Origin: a virus
Strand: one strand, 5' to 3'
Virus record (IMG/VR): IMGVR_UViG_3300032265_001317
Span: 28,159-92,158 of that record
Length of the DNA: 64,000 bases
Shown here: in pieces, positions 18,330-33,900 of the stretch
Layout: each line of letters opens with the position of its first letter
Position numbering within the stretch: position 1 is the stretch's first letter
Translations under genes and position numbers: made by a program
The notes under the pieces: generated by a model
The model's database searches: none
What the model saw: the letters and a program-made list of their open reading frames with translations, nothing else
Told to the model about the DNA's origin: nothing

Positions 18330-21300
18330 ATGATTCCATCAACCAACAGTAAACTTTTAGTCGCAGAAGATTGGAAAAAGATATATCAATCTTTTAGAAA
18401 TGCTGACTTTAAAAGCTATGATTTTGAAACATTAAGAAGAACAATGATAACCTATCTTCAGGAAAATTATCCTGAAGATTTCAACGACTTTATTGATTCA
18501 AGCGAATACATTGCTCTTATTGATCTAATTGCCTATTTGGGTCAAAACCTAAGTTTCCGCATTGACCTAAACGCCCGTGAAAACTTCTTGGAAACTGCAC
18601 AGCGCCGGGATAGCATACTGCGTTTGGCACAGTTAGTTAGCTATGTACCTAAGCGTAATACTCCTGCCAGCGGCTTTTTGAAATTAACGGCAGTATCTAC
18701 TACAGATAATGTTATTGACAACAACGGAATTAATCTAGCAAATACAACTGTAGGATGGAATGACAGCACAAATATCAGCTGGTATCAACAGTTTATAACC
18801 ATAATGAATAGCGCAATGCCTAGCAGTTATACATTTGGAAATCCTTATGGCAGAAGCACAATCAATGGAGTGTTGACAGAACGATATAAAATTAACAGTT
18901 CGAATACTGACGTGCCGTTGTACAGTTTCCAAAAAAATATCAACGGTTCCAGCATGAGTTTTGAAGTAGTCAGTTGTTCTTTTGAAGGATCAACCACTGT
19001 ATACGAAGAAGCACCTAAGCCTGCTAATATGTTTGGATTTTTGTATCAAAACGACAATAAAGGTTCGTCAAGTCCAAATACTGGATTCTTTGCACATTTC
19101 CGCCAAGGCGCATTAAGCCTATCAAATTTTAGTCTTGACAATCCTGTACCTAATGAAATTGTTGGAGTTAACACTTCAAACATTAACGATACTGATGTAT
19201 GGTTATGGCAGTTAGATGCCAACAACAATTATACAACACTATGGACTAAAGTCAATGCCCTGGTAGGTAGTAACATTATCTATAACAGTTTGAATAATGA
19301 TATTAGAAATATCTATAGTGTAACAACTAGAGATCAAGATCAGATTGATTTAAACTTTGCCGACGGCAGTTTTGGTAACTTGCCTAAAGGTCAATTCAGT
19401 TTATTTTACCGTCAAAGTAATGGATCAACATATACAATTAAACCAGAGCAGATGTCTGGTATTGTTGTGCAAATTCCTTATAAAAATAAATCTGGACAAC
19501 AGCATACGCTTACCTTAACTCTTTCTTTACAGTACACAGTTAACAATAGCACAGGTCCAGAATCTAATACAAACATTAGAACCAAAGCACCGCAAACTTA
19601 CTATACACAAAATCGTATGGTAACTGGTGAGGATTATAATATTGTTCCATTGACACTGGGAAGTAACATATTAAAAGTAAAAAGTATTGCCCGTGTAACA
19701 GGCGGACTTAGCAAATATTTTGATCTTTCAGATGTCACAGGAAAATACAGTCAGACAAATATTTTTGCATCTGACGGAATGGTATATCAACAAAATCAAG
19801 AACAAAAATTTGAGTTTACTTTTACTACACGAAATGATGTGTTCTCTGTGGTTAAGAAGAAACTTGAACCTATTGTGTCTTCGCCGTCATTGAGATCATT
19901 TTATTTAGATAGATATGATAGACCCAATCTTGGCAGTTTGAATTTAACATGGGTAAATGTTAATACTGTATCAAATCAATCTAAGGGATATCTGCAATCG
20001 GCATCGTCTCCGGTGGCTGTTGGAGAGTTTAACGATAGTAATTTAAGATATCTTACTGTGGGAGCATTAATTAAATTTGCACCACCTACCGGGCAATATT
20101 TTTCTTCGAGTGGAAAATTAACCACTGTACGTTCTTCTGATACTACCGACTATAGATGGGCTACTGTAATTTCTGTTACCGGCGATGGTAGCAATTCTGG
20201 ATTAGGCACATTAAGTGATGGCACCGGTCCTATCGCGTTAAGTGATGTTATTGATTCCGATGCAGTACCTATTGAAATTATTCCAAAATTTGTCAGCACC
20301 TATGCTTATAGCTTTGAATCAGAAATTGTTAACCTATGTTTGGCAAAAAGTAATTTTGGTTTGAGTTTTGATGCTCTTGCTAGAAAATGGAACATTATTG
20401 CAGATACAAACTTAGACTTGATTAACGGATTTAATTTAGAATATCAAAACGATGTTACTAATAATAATCTAGATGCCAGCTGGATGATTGCATTCGTATG
20501 GCAAGGTGCTAGCTACCAGGTAACATACAGAGTTACAGATTACATATTTGAAAGCGAAAGAGAAACAGCATTTTTTGTCGATTCAACAAACATCAATTAT
20601 GACTTTGTAAACGATACTGTAATCAAAGATAAAATTTCTGTATTAGGTATTAATACAAGTCCAATGAATTACGGCAACGCAGAAGTAACTATTGCATCTG
20701 TAGGGGCTTACGGCAGTATAAAATCTTTCAACATAGTTAATAGTGGAACTGGATTTGTATCAACTCCTTCTCTTAGCTTTGCTAACGGTCGTAATGGATA
20801 TTTTATTCCTATACTTAAAAATGGTTCTATAAGCAGTGTTTACATTGTAAATTCAGGAACAGCATATACTGTAGGCGATTCGGCAATTATTCAAGCATCA
20901 GACTCTGCTTACTCAACATTGCCGTTAGGTGCAGATTTTAATTGGCAAGTTGATTCTGCTATTGTTGAATCTGACGGATATGTTGAACCAAAAAAAGTTA
21001 AGGTAAGTTTTTATGATTATAATAATTCAGGACAAATATCCGACCCTGATACGTTTAAATCTATTGTTGCACCCTCTTCGTTAAATCCAACAACAGGATA
21101 CCAAGACAAGTTTGTTTATTTCCAAACACTTTCAAATGGAAATAGATATCAACTTTCTACAGAAACATTTATTGCTTACCCTACTCCGGCTGATGCTGAT
21201 GATGCAATAACAGCAGGAACGATCACTCCTGCTACCGGAGATTTATTCTATTTTTATAATAGTGCATACGATGTTGTTAATACCTATTCGTTATCAACTG

Positions 21301-21995
21301 TAACCAATTTACATTCTTGGATATATCAACCGTCGTATTTTGCTCGCCCAGGCAGAACAGGATTGAAATTCCATTATGTGCATAACAGTGGTGAAAATAG
21401 AAGAATAGATCCTAGCAAGAGTAATATAATTGATATCTATATGCTAACTGCTGATTATGATTCGGCTTTTAGAACATGGTTAACCACAGGCACCGGAACT
21501 AAACCTTTGCCTCCTACAACCCAGAGCCTAGAAAGCAATTACGGAACATCTTTGGAATTGCAAAAAACCATTAGCGATGAAATTATTTTTCAGCCAGTAA
21601 ATTATGTAGTATTGTTTGGAACAGAAGCTGATATAAATCTGCAAGCAACATTTAAGGCAGTTCAAAGTCCATCTAGTACAATGAGTTCTAACTCGTTGAT
21701 AACAGGAATACTTGATGCAATAAACAGTTTCTTTGCACTAGAAAATTGGGAGTTTGGTCAAAGTTTTCACTTCAGTGAATTATCAACCTATGTTATGAAT
21801 TTAATGACTCCTGATATTACTAACTTTATAATTGTGCCAAAAATAAATTCGTTTGGTGGCCTATACGAAATATCATGTCAGACAAATCAAATTTTTATCA
21901 GCGGAACCTCTGCATCAGACATACAAATAATTAGTGCAATTACAGCATCACAGTTATTATCTACTGCAACCATTGTAACAAGTATCGGATCATAA
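18330..21995 (+). CDS. Baseplate wedge subunit (gp6-like)
   Basis: DFETLRRTMITYL...DFNDF...ENFLETAQRRDSILRLAQLVSY.P, FADGSFGNLP, QNRMVTGEDY; TAAATA at 18304-18309. Confidence 0.85.
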   Translation: MIPSTNSKLLVAEDWKKIYQSFRNADFKSYDFETLRRTMITYLQENYPEDFNDFIDSSEYIALIDLIAYLGQNLSFRIDLNARENFLETAQRRDSILRLAQLVSYVPKRNTPASGFLKLTAVSTTDNVIDNNGINLANTTVGWNDSTNISWYQQFITIMNSAMPSSYTFGNPYGRSTINGVLTERYKINSSNTDVPLYSFQKNINGSSMSFEVVSCSFEGSTTVYEEAPKPANMFGFLYQNDNKGSSSPNTGFFAHFRQGALSLSNFSLDNPVPNEIVGVNTSNINDTDVWLWQLDANNNYTTLWTKVNALVGSNIIYNSLNNDIRNIYSVTTRDQDQIDLNFADGSFGNLPKGQFSLFYRQSNGSTYTIKPEQMSGIVVQIPYKNKSGQQHTLTLTLSLQYTVNNSTGPESNTNIRTKAPQTYYTQNRMVTGEDYNIVPLTLGSNILKVKSIARVTGGLSKYFDLSDVTGKYSQTNIFASDGMVYQQNQEQKFEFTFTTRNDVFSVVKKKLEPIVSSPSLRSFYLDRYDRPNLGSLNLTWVNVNTVSNQSKGYLQSASSPVAVGEFNDSNLRYLTVGALIKFAPPTGQYFSSSGKLTTVRSSDTTDYRWATVISVTGDGSNSGLGTLSDGTGPIALSDVIDSDAVPIEIIPKFVSTYAYSFESEIVNLCLAKSNFGLSFDALARKWNIIADTNLDLINGFNLEYQNDVTNNNLDASWMIAFVWQGASYQVTYRVTDYIFESERETAFFVDSTNINYDFVNDTVIKDKISVLGINTSPMNYGNAEVTIASVGAYGSIKSFNIVNSGTGFVSTPSLSFANGRNGYFIPILKNGSISSVYIVNSGTAYTVGDSAIIQASDSAYSTLPLGADFNWQVDSAIVESDGYVEPKKVKVSFYDYNNSGQISDPDTFKSIVAPSSLNPTTGYQDKFVYFQTLSNGNRYQLSTETFIAYPTPADADDAITAGTITPATGDLFYFYNSAYDVVNTYSLSTVTNLHSWIYQPSYFARPGRTGLKFHYVHNSGENRRIDPSKSNIIDIYMLTADYDSAFRTWLTTGTGTKPLPPTTQSLESNYGTSLELQKTISDEIIFQPVNYVVLFGTEADINLQATFKAVQSPSSTMSSNSLITGILDAINSFFALENWEFGQSFHFSELSTYVMNLMTPDITNFIIVPKINSFGGLYEISCQTNQIFISGTSASDIQIISAITASQLLSTATIVTSIGS

Positions 21996-21998
21996 AGA

Positions 21999-24900
21999 AT
22001 GGCTAATTCAATCAAAACAATTAATTTGTTGCCCGAGTTTTTAAGAACAGATAAAAATAGCAAATTTTTATCTAGCACTGTTGACCAATGGATTAAAAAA
22101 CCAGAACTAGAACGTATTGATGGATACGTGGGATCTACATTGACTCCTACTTACAATTCTACTGCCGATGTTTATATTTCAGAATCGTTGCCTTTAAGAA
22201 AACAATATCAACTTGAACCTGCGGTTGTAATAAAAGATAATCAAAGTATTGTAACTGGTGCAGTAGCCATTGACGACCTTGTTAACGAAATTTCTATCAA
22301 AGGTGGACAAACAGGAAATTTTGACAAACTATTTAGAAGTGAATTTTATTCGTACGATCCGCATATTGATTTGGATAAGCTAGTTAACTATACTGAATAT
22401 TATTGGTTAACAACTGGTCCAAATACTGTTGTTATAAGTGGACAACCTACAAATACAACAAGTACGTTTACCGTGGTTGATAATGAAGTTAAATCTGCAT
22501 TTATTTTTACACCTAACGGACTAACACCAAACCCGATTGTTACCTTGTATAGAGGAAATACATATAATTTTGAAATAAGTTCAGTATATAAATTTTATGT
22601 AAAAACTGATTCATCATCTGGTCCTTTTGGTTTGTTAACTAGAAATATAACAAATAACGGAATTACAACTGGCACTATTACATTAACGGTTGATCAATAC
22701 ACTCCTGAAACTTTATATTATATTTCTGAAACAGATGACAAGGTACAAGGACAATTTGTTATTAAAGATTCTACACAAAATTCGATAATTGATGTAGAAA
22801 AAGAAGTTATTGGGAAAAAGAGTTATAGATCAGGAACCGGAATTGAATTATCAAACGGAATGAAAGTTCGTTTTGGTGGAACGGTTATCCCTGAATCATA
22901 TCAAAATAAAGAATACTGGGTAGAAGGTGTTGGTGAATCTATTAGCTTGATAGATTATGAATTATTATCATCCCCTGAGGCAATGGCCAGTGTATTTGAC
23001 GAAAACTTTGATGCTACTGGATTTGACGATTATCCGTTTGATAATTTTAAAACACTGCCGATTACCCCCGAGTATATTACTATTAATCGTGCCAGTAAAG
23101 ATTTAAATCCATGGTCTAGATACAATCGATGGGTTCATTCGGATGTAATTAGAATTAGTGCAGAAGCATCTGGGCAAGATCCGGTATATTCAGTTAACCT
23201 TAGGGCAAAACGTCCTATTATTGAATTTAAAGCAGATTTAAAATTATATAATTTTGGAACAACTGGTGCAACAAACGTTGACCTAATTGACAATGTGACG
23301 CACGATGCATTTTCAGCTGTCGAAGGATCTGCTGGATATTATGTTGACGGACTTTTATTACAACAAGGGCAACGAATTATATTCAATGCAGATACTGATT
23401 CAACTGTAAGAGAAAAAATCTACGAAGTAAATTATGTTACTGTTAACGGATATAAATCAAGATTACAATTAGTTCCTGTAACCACAAGCATTTCCGGATG
23501 TTCTGTTTCTGTAAATTACGGAAATGATTTTGCAGGTACTGCATGGTGGTACAACGGATCTAATTGGGTATATGCTCAACAACATAACAAACTTAATCAA
23601 GCTCCTTTATTTGATTTATTTGACAAAAATGGTTATAGTTACAGCGATACCACTGCTTATCAAAGTAATTTTAGTGGAACTAAAATATTTGGTTACGAAG
23701 TAGGTACCAACGGTGCTAATGATGCTGTATTAGGGTTTCCTTTAAAATATAAAAATAGTGTAGGCGTTGGTAGCTATCTTTTTAAAAATTATTTTACTAC
23801 AGATCAAATTTCTGTTTCAGTTAATAACGTTGAAACTATTAGTGTATCAGCAGGGCAAACATTTTTAAAATTTGCTCACGCCGCAGGCGATGTATATTCA
23901 AATGTATGGACAGCCACTGAGCCATATCCTATTCCGTTGAACGCAAATGGATATTATGATACACCTTTAGGACTTACAAATAATCCACTAAACGGACCTA
24001 TTTCTAATTTTACTCTAAGTGAAATCAGCGATCATCTTGGAACTGCTGTTGCTAGATTGCCTAACTTTGTAGGAGCATTCCCAGGAGTTAGTAATTTACG
24101 TGACAGGCCAGATGTTGCTAGATATGCCAGCAGATTAATTTCAAATGCAAATCCTATGGCATTTGCACATTTGTTTATTGGTAAAAAAGAACACAGCATC
24201 GTTGATGCAGTTACAAAAGTAGGCGACCAATACAATCAATTTAAAATGTCATTTTTGAATAAAATGATATCAGTTGGAAATCTTAACAATCCAATTGCAT
24301 CAGTTGATACAATTTTAGCAGAATTAAATTTAGGAAAAAATTTACAATCTCCTTATTTCTTATCTGATATGATTGCCTATGGCAATGACAAAGTAACCAG
24401 ACAATGGACTGTAAAAAATATTAGAAATACAGTCTACCCTATTTCTGCTGACTTTGATCCTGTTGCTTTAGGTTTAAGATCGGTACTAGTTTATTTGAAT
24501 GGATCTCAACTGGTATTAGGGCAAGATTATAATTTTATTACCAACGATTCATCAATAGAAATTTTAACCACATTAATGCTGGGCGATGTAATTACAGTTA
24601 ATGATTATGCTACAACCGAAGGGTGCTTTGTACCGCCTACTCCGACCAAACTTGGATTATATCCTAAATTTAAACCAGCAAAATACATTGACGATACCTA
24701 TGCTACACCGACACCTGTAATCCAGTGCCACGATGGTAGCATAATGGTTGCCTATAACGATTTTAGAGATGACATTGTTCTTGAATTAGAAAAACGAATT
24801 TACAATAATATTAAGGCAGTATATCAAACAGAACTATTTGATATTAATTCTGTAATACCCGGCGCATTCAGAAATAGTGAGTATACATTAGCCGACTGTA

Positions 24901-27900
24901 ATTCTATATTAATTAACGATTTTATTAAATGGTCTGGTTTTTATGGAATTGAGTACACAGAAAATTCTACCTTCGATCCAGACAATTCTTTCACATGGAA
25001 TTATTCTGGTAGTACCAACAAGTTATTATCTATACAAGTTGATGGAAACTGGAGAGCAGTTTATAAATTCTTCTACGATACTGATCGCCCTCACACCGCA
25101 CCGTGGGAAATGCTAGGATTAACTGCTATGCCTGATTGGTGGGAGTCGTTGTATGGTCCTGCCCCGTATACCAACGGTAACTTATTATTATGGGAAGATT
25201 TAGAAAAAGGATTAATAAAATATCCTAGCGGTTGGGTACGTGATCCTATATATGCTAGACCCGATTTGAGAAATATTATACCGGTAGACGAAGGCGGCAA
25301 TTTACTTGATCCTACGGTATTATTAAGTGAGTACACACCATACAGTGTTAGACAAAATTGGAAATTTGGTGACCTAGGACCTGCAGAAACAGCATGGCGC
25401 CGTAGTAGCCATTGGCCTTTTGCGTTACAAAAATTATTAGCATTATTAAAACCTGCTAGCTATGCATCATTAATGTATGATCCTAGTAGGATGACACAAA
25501 ATAAAGCAGGACAGTGGTCGTACGATATTGCCGGGTCTTTCTTAAATCCTAAAAATGTAAAAATATTTGATACACTTACTACTTTAACAAGCGGTTATAG
25601 CGTATTACTTGTTGAATCAGGTAAACAGAGATCTGTTAATTACGTCAACGAGTTAACACAAGATTTAAATTTTTTCGATATTAATTTATTTCACAAAGTA
25701 GGCGGATTTGTCAACAAGGGAAATTTACAAATTGTTATCGATGCATACGAGCCAACCAGCACTGGCCCGGGTGCATTGCTTCCTCAAGAAAATTATCAAT
25801 TATATCTTAATACCAGTAACCCAGTTAATACAACAAGTATTTCTGGTTTAATTATACAAAAAGTCGACGGCAAATTTGTTATAAAAGGGTATGACAAGTA
25901 TCGTCCTTACTTCACAGTATATACTCCTGTAAGAAATAGTTCAACTCCAACATTAAGTGTTGGAGGAATCAGTTCACCATATATAAATTGGTCTGCTGGT
26001 ACAGCCGATGCAGGAGCATCTAATCTTAATTCGATAGATCTTACAACAGCCAATAGCTCTCCTGTTGGCAAGTTTTATAAAACAGGACAGATTGTTAACT
26101 ACGGTAATAGATATTATATAGTAATTAAAGATCACTATGCTGAGAGTGTGTTCAATGTAGCTTATTATCAGTCACTTCCATCGTTGCCTATCTCGGGAGG
26201 CGCAACAGTTCAAACATATTATAAGTTTGACAAGGTAGGAGTAAGAATTCCTTATGGAACACAGTTTGATAACATACAACAAGTGTATGATTTTATTGTT
26301 GGCTACGGCGACTGGTTGTCAGATCAGGGATTTATTTTTAATCAATATAATTCAACTTTAAATTCTGTATTAGATTGGAATTTCACTGCTAAAGAATTTT
26401 TATATTGGACTACACAAAATTGGGCCAATAATAGTATTATTGCTCTTAGCCCGTTTGCGGATCAACTTCAATTTAAATTTAGCAATAGTGTTGTAGATAA
26501 TATTTTTGATAGTTTTTATGATTACGGAATTTTAAAAGAAAATGGTCTCGAATTTCCTAAAAATAATTTAAATATCGGCAGGGACGAAGGTGTTTGTACT
26601 ATTAGATCTATAAACACCACAGAAGGAATTTATTTTGCACAATTAAATTCTGTACAAAAAGAACACGCCATGGTGTTTGATAACACCACAGTTTTCAACG
26701 ATACTATCTATGACATTGAAACTGGATATCGTCAACGCCGCGTAAAATTAATTGGGTTTAGAACTGCCAACTGGAATGGAGATTATTTCACTCCTGGATT
26801 TGTGTACGACACAGCTCAAATATCTACCTGGGCCCAATTTACTGATTACAAATACGGCGAAGTTGTAAGATTTAACAGCAAATATTATTCAGCAATACAA
26901 GATGTTATTGGATCCAGTAAATTTGATTTTACTAAATGGGTGTTACTCGGAAGCAAGCCTGTAGCAGAATTAATTCCTAACTTTGATTACAAAATTAATC
27001 AGTTTGAAGATTTTTATAGTCTTGACATTGACAACTTTGACAGTAACCAACAAGAGCTTGCACAGCACTTGGTTGGATATACACCACGAGTATATCTAAA
27101 TAATATCTTTATTAATCCTATTGCACAATATAAATTCTATCAAGGATTTATTAAAGAAAAAGGATCAAAAAATTCTATTATCAAATTAAGTAAAGCCAGT
27201 ATACAAAATCAGCAAGGATCAATTTCTTTTAATGAAGAATGGGCATTTAGAGTTGGTAGTTATGGTTCTTACGAAACGTACAACGAAATAGAAACTACTC
27301 TACATGAAGGAAGTTTCAAATCAAATCCTCAGGCAATTAACTTTGTAGATACTGTGCCAGTAGTTCCTGATGATTTATTATTGTATAAAACTCCTGGCAA
27401 TTTAGCTATAGTTCCTGATGATTATGTTCCTTCTAGCACGTTTGTAACAACATCAACTTCTAATTTTGAATTAATGACAGCGGGCTATGTAAATCTAAAC
27501 GATGTTACATCTACTGCTTATAATGAAGATAGTTTTATTGCCATTGCCAATACTCGTGCATTAAACGATGGTGAAGTTATATGGCTAGGAAATACCAATA
27601 ATGGTGATTGGGATGTTCGTAGATATCAAAGATCTACAGCCGGTATTATTTCCGTACAGATATATAATCCTGCAGAAAGTATTTCTTTCTCAACTGATGT
27701 TCCACACGAATTGAGCATAGGAGAAATTATTTCTGTATCTCAATATGACGACCAAGTCAATGGGGTATATCGAGTAATTGACATATTGTCAAGAACAGAG
27801 TTTGTTGTATCTTCTACACTTTCTTTTATTACTACATTTACTACAGATTCTCCAGGTCTGTTATTCAGCTTCAAAAGTGTTAGATATAGTAATTTTGATT

Positions 27901-30900
27901 CTATACCTTTGGATCAAGAATTACAAGAATTGCCATATGGAGCTAAATTCTGGATTGACAATGACATTTCTAGCAGTTGGAAAGTTTATGAAAAAATTGA
28001 CAATTATTCAATAACACATATTACAACCAATACCAGTGGATCATACTACGGTGCAACAATATACAAAAACAAAGGCGAGAACATAGTAATTGAAGCATCT
28101 CCGTATTATTCTTCTCCAAGTAGATTTGACATAGGTACAATATTTGTCAAGTATATTGATCTTGATGGATATATTTTTAATTATAATATTAATCAAGCAT
28201 CTTATAATCAATACTATACAGGTACAGTACATACTGAGTTTGGAGCATCTGTTGTATATGACAGTCAAGAATATAACAATACAGGCTTTGGGTTGTTCTA
28301 TGCAGGAGCTCCTGGCACTAGCGGAATTAAATCTTCAAGTAGCCCAACAGGTCTTAGATATGCATCGGCGGCCGGAACTGCATCTTCACGTGTTCATGAA
28401 GGTTTAGTAAAAATCAGTAGCGTTGACCCATTGTTGTTTACAGAATTTACAGAACATGTGTTGTTAAGTCCTGCACCGGCCAGTTATGATCGTTTTGGAC
28501 AATCAATATTTGTACAAACTAGTAACACATCTACTAAATCTCTGTTGGTAGGTGCCCCAGGTAACAACGGAGTGCTTGCCGGCGCAGTACATTTATATAA
28601 TATTTCGTTGAATACTACTACTAATATTACTTTCAACAGAAGTATCAGTCCTCTGGTTTACTGGCTTGGCGGCGAATGGGGCTACAGCATATCTGGTTTA
28701 TCAAACGCTAGCACAGTTGCGATTAGTGCTCCTAGTTACCAACAAGGTGTAGGTTATGTTGCAATATTAACTGGTACAAATTATACCAATCTTTCTCAAA
28801 TAATTTTTGGTAACACAGCCGGCCTTGATAAAAAAAGTAGATTTGGCGACAAGGTAATATTGTCCAATGATGGTACATATCTATTTGCTACAGCGCCAGG
28901 ATTTATTAATTTTGATAATTCAAAAGGAGCTGTCGCAGTATTTAAATCTGTAAATGGTGCATTTGAATTTAAACAATTAATTACTAATCCAGTAGCAGGG
29001 CCTGGAATGACTTTTGGACAAGACATTGATATCGGTACCATGTCTGACAAGTTAATTGTATCTGCACTAGGAACTGATAGAATTGATAGATCTTTTGATA
29101 ACAAGCTAGCAGACAATACAACGTTTGATAGTAAGACTACAATATTTGAAGATAGCATGACAAAATCTGGATGCGTTTTTGTATATGATAGATACAATGA
29201 ACGTTTTGTTTTTGCACAAGAAATTAATCCTGGAAATTTAACAACAGCTACCAACTTTGGTCAAAGTATAGTGTTAGATGACACTGATGTTTTAATTGGT
29301 GCTCCTAATATTAACATCACAGCTGATGGACAAACTGATTATAGTGCAACATACAGATACAGTAAAATTGATCCGTTAGCAGACAGTTGGAAAATATTAA
29401 GACAATTTGATAATCTAGTGGACGTCAATACTTTACAAAAAGTTAGATTGATCGATACTTCTAATGATACTGTTGTTACATACCTTGATGTTATTGATCC
29501 ATTAAAAGGAAAAATTTCAGGAATTGCCGACGAAGAAATACGCTATAAAACATCAGTTGATCCTGCCATCTATTCTATTGGTACTACATCTACCACTGTA
29601 TTGCAAGATACAAATTGGACCGATATCCAGGTTGGTGAACTATGGTGGGATTTATCAACTGTTAAGTATGTCTGGTACGAACAAGGCGACTTGAATTATA
29701 GAAAAAATAATTGGGGAATGTTATTTCCTGGATCAAGCATTGATATTTACGAATGGGTAGAATCAACATATCTACCAAGCGAGTGGGCCGCGTTAGCAGA
29801 TACTGCTAACGGCATTGCTAAGGGAATTAGTGGACAACCAAAGTTTCCTGATAACACTGTATTATCTGTAAAACAAGGTTACGATTCAGTTTCAAATTCT
29901 TTTACTAACATTTACTATTTCTGGGTAAAAAATAAAGTATTGGTTCCTGAGACTAAAAACAGAAGAATGTCTTCATACGATGTTGCATCTCTAATAAATG
30001 ATCCTTCGTATAACGGATCAATGTATGCCGCTATTATTTCTGGCAATGGTGTAATGTTATCGGATGTTGCATCTGAATTAGTTGGCGACCGTATTAATTT
30101 AAATATTGCATTTGACAATATAAAAAATCAAATACCGAGACATACTGAATGGTTGTTAATTGAAGAAAATTCTGTAACATCAGCTCCTAATACGTTGTTA
30201 GAGAAAAAATTAATTGACAGTTTACTTGGACATGATTCTCTTGGTAATGCTGTACCCGATCCTGCATTATCAAGCAGAGTTCGTTATGGAATAGGTATTA
30301 GACCACAGCAAACCTTGTTTAAAGATAGACTAGGTGCCTTGAGAAATCTAGTTGAATTTTCAAATTCTGTCTTGAAAGAAAATATCATTACAGGTCGCTA
30401 TAATTTTTCTAATTTAAATGCTCAGGAAAGTATTCCTGATCAATATTCACACGAGTATGATCGTATTGTTGAAGACAACTATACCTTAGAAACAATTGAT
30501 ACTAGAAAGCTATCTCAGGCAAAATTAACAGCACAAATATATGACGGTAGAGTAATTGGGGTTACAATTGATAATCCAGGATTTGGTTATATCATAAGTC
30601 CTACAGTAACAGTTACCGGTAACTGCATTTCAAGTGCAGTAATTACTACTGCTATTGATTCCAGTGGACGAGTAATATCAGTTGACATTGTTGATGCCGG
30701 AAACGGATATTCTGCAACACCTACATTAGAAGTAAGACCTTTTACTGTTATAGTTTTAGCAGATAGCATTTACAATGGCAAATGGTCAAAATTTGTATGG
30801 AAAAGCGAACTTGCACTATTTGTTAGATCTCATACACAAAAATATAATACATCTCTGTACTGGAACAAGGTTGACTGGACAAGTGCCGATTACAATCAAT

Positions 30901-33900
30901 ATCAAGATTATTTGTTTACAGTTGATGCGGTATACGGAATTTACACATTGTCAAATGTTGCAGTGGGCGAATATGTCAAAGTTAAAAACAGCGGCGACGG
31001 CAATTATATCATACTAGAAAAAATGCCTACTGGCTCAGTGGGTACGTTTGGCAATGATTACAATATTGTTTATAAACAAAATGGAACAATACAAATATCT
31101 GATGCAGTATGGAATACAGCTAATAGTACCTATGGTTTTGATCAGATATCGAGCTTTGACCAAACATTGTATGATCAGACTCCTGATTTAGAATTGCAAT
31201 ATTTGTTATCTGCATTAAAGAATGATATTTTTATAAATGAGCTAAAAGTTAATTGGAATAAATTCTTTTTCAAAGCAGTAAAATATGCAATGTCCGAACA
31301 AAAATTACTAGACTGGGCATTTAAAACTTCATTTATTAATGTTATTAATAATGCAGGTGCGTTGGATCAACGTCCTGTTTATAAACTTCAAAACACACAA
31401 TATTTTGAAGATTACATTAGCGAAGTAAAACCTTACCATAGTCAAATACGTTCGTTCACAACGCAATACGATAATCTAGATCAATCACACAGTTATACAA
31501 CTGACTTTGATTTGCCTACACATTATAATGGCGACACAGGAATTTTTACTTCTATAACCGCAGACAGTACATTAACCAATGTATACCCATGGAAGTCATG
31601 GAGCGATAACAGAACATTTACTGTAGGAAGTATTGTGGTTGGTAATCCGGGCGCAGGATACACCATATCGCCCACTGTTGAAATTACTGCACAACCGGGC
31701 GATCTTGGAACAGGTGCGACCGCTGTTGCATACATACGTTCTGGAGAGATAATTTCTATAGAAGTTACTAATCCTGGTAGCGGATATTTGGTTCCGCCAA
31801 TAGTTAGTATCAAGGGCGGAGGCAGCACAACCTTAACACCTGCTAGAGCCTATGCACAACTCTATAATGGTAAAGTACGTTCAAATACTATTGAAATGAA
31901 ATTCGATCGTATTAATCGTTCTAATCAGATTGGAGATATACGAGTTTCTGATTCCTTTATCTGTAACGGAATACAAAACGAATGGACACTCGGTTGGTTA
32001 GCTGATGCAAACAAATTGGATATCACAGTTACCCTTGATAAAATACGTGTGCTAAGTGCAGATTACACCATAACTTATTACACAGAAAAATACAATGGTT
32101 ATAATAAAAAATATTGCAAAATTGTTTTCTTAAATTATATTCCAAAAAATAATCAAATACTTTCAGTATCTTACAGAAAATCTAAAAATCTGTTCACGGC
32201 ATTAGAAAGAATTGAAAATTATTATGAACCAACAAGCGGAATGCCTGGAAAAGTTCCAGCTCAGTTAATGAGCGGGTTAGAATATCCTAGAACACAAATT
32301 CAAGGGTTAGGCTTAACTGCAACTACACATTGGGACGTATTGTTTGGAACAAATGTATATTCTGGCTTTGGTGATGCATCTTATGCAGATGATATTTCTT
32401 ATTATACCACAGTTTCTTTAACTGGCACAGCACCTGCTGGTACCAGTACTGTATCGGTTAGCACAACTACAGGATTAATGGTTGGACAGTTTGCAAATAT
32501 TATCAGTAATACTGTAAATCAGTTCAGTACCTCAACTGTGAAAATAAAGTCAATTGATACAGCCGGCTCTAGTGTAACATTTAATTCAACTATTATTAAC
32601 ACATTGACTAACGCCACAATTGAATTATGGACATATGATCAAAATTCAACAACATTAGATACAGCTATTGATGGCGGCAATTTAATATACAATACTGCCT
32701 TGGGAATCAATCCAGACGAAATTGTTATTGATGGCGACAAATTTTATACTCCTAGTACTGGATTTGCTCCTGAAGAGTTATTAGACGGACAGGTAACTGA
32801 AAGTCTTGGTATCAATGTATATACAAAAAATGCCAACGGTGCTCCTTTAATTTTTTCTAGCTCTTTTGATATAGATGCAAATGTTCAAGTTGTAGAATCT
32901 TTAACTATGATTCCGACTACAGTTAATAGCATTACTGTGAGTTTTAATAATAGGGTATTTGCTTATAACTCTACCACAAACTTTATGTCAACTTCGGAGT
33001 TTAATATAGATTGGGGAACTGGTTCTATTATTCTTCCTCCTCAATCGATTGGTGGAAAAGTATCTTATAGAATCATTGGTATCGGTGGAGGCAACCCAGA
33101 TGCATTTGCCGGTGTTATCGATTATCAAATACTTTCTGAGCACGATGAAGCCGTTGGTACTGTGGTAAGTTTATCGGGTATTAATACTGTAAAGAGTGCG
33201 TTTGTTACCGTGGATGGTATCGCTATCAGTACAGGAACTACTGGTTTATATTATACATTAGGACCAGATAGTCTTTTAAACGAAAGAGCCGCAGTAACAG
33301 TATATAATTTGCCAAGCGGTGCAAATACAATACAAGCATGGTTCTTTGGAACTGATGTCAATTATTATAATGAATTAGAAGAGCAAATATTTACTGTTGG
33401 TGTTGGGTTGCCTGTAACTTCTTTTGTTCTTACAAACCCGCCAAATGTAATACATCCTGCTGATGCAGAAGTTCTTGTAGAAATCAAAGACGGCGCTGGC
33501 CGCCGTCAATTGCTACCACCTTATATCAGTTATTATCAAGTTACCAATACCAACGATAGAACATTTACTATTGATAATCATGTATTACGTCCACCTTCGA
33601 CTTACAACTTGAATACAGTTAGAGTATATCGTAATGGAGAAGTGTTGTTACCTGGCTTTGATTTTAATGTCAATGTTAACGACAATACTGTTACTGTATA
33701 TCCAAATATTTTAGCAGTGGGTGATGCTATTGCTGTATTAGGATTGGTACCGGGTGATTATGATTATGACATTGTTGGAAATATTTTAAATGTTCCACTA
33801 CAGTCTGGTCAAGGCGTGTTGAATGCCGAAATAAAAATTATTACCTATAACGATCAAGATGGAATGCTGATTCAGGCAGAAAGATTTCCTGGAAATGCCA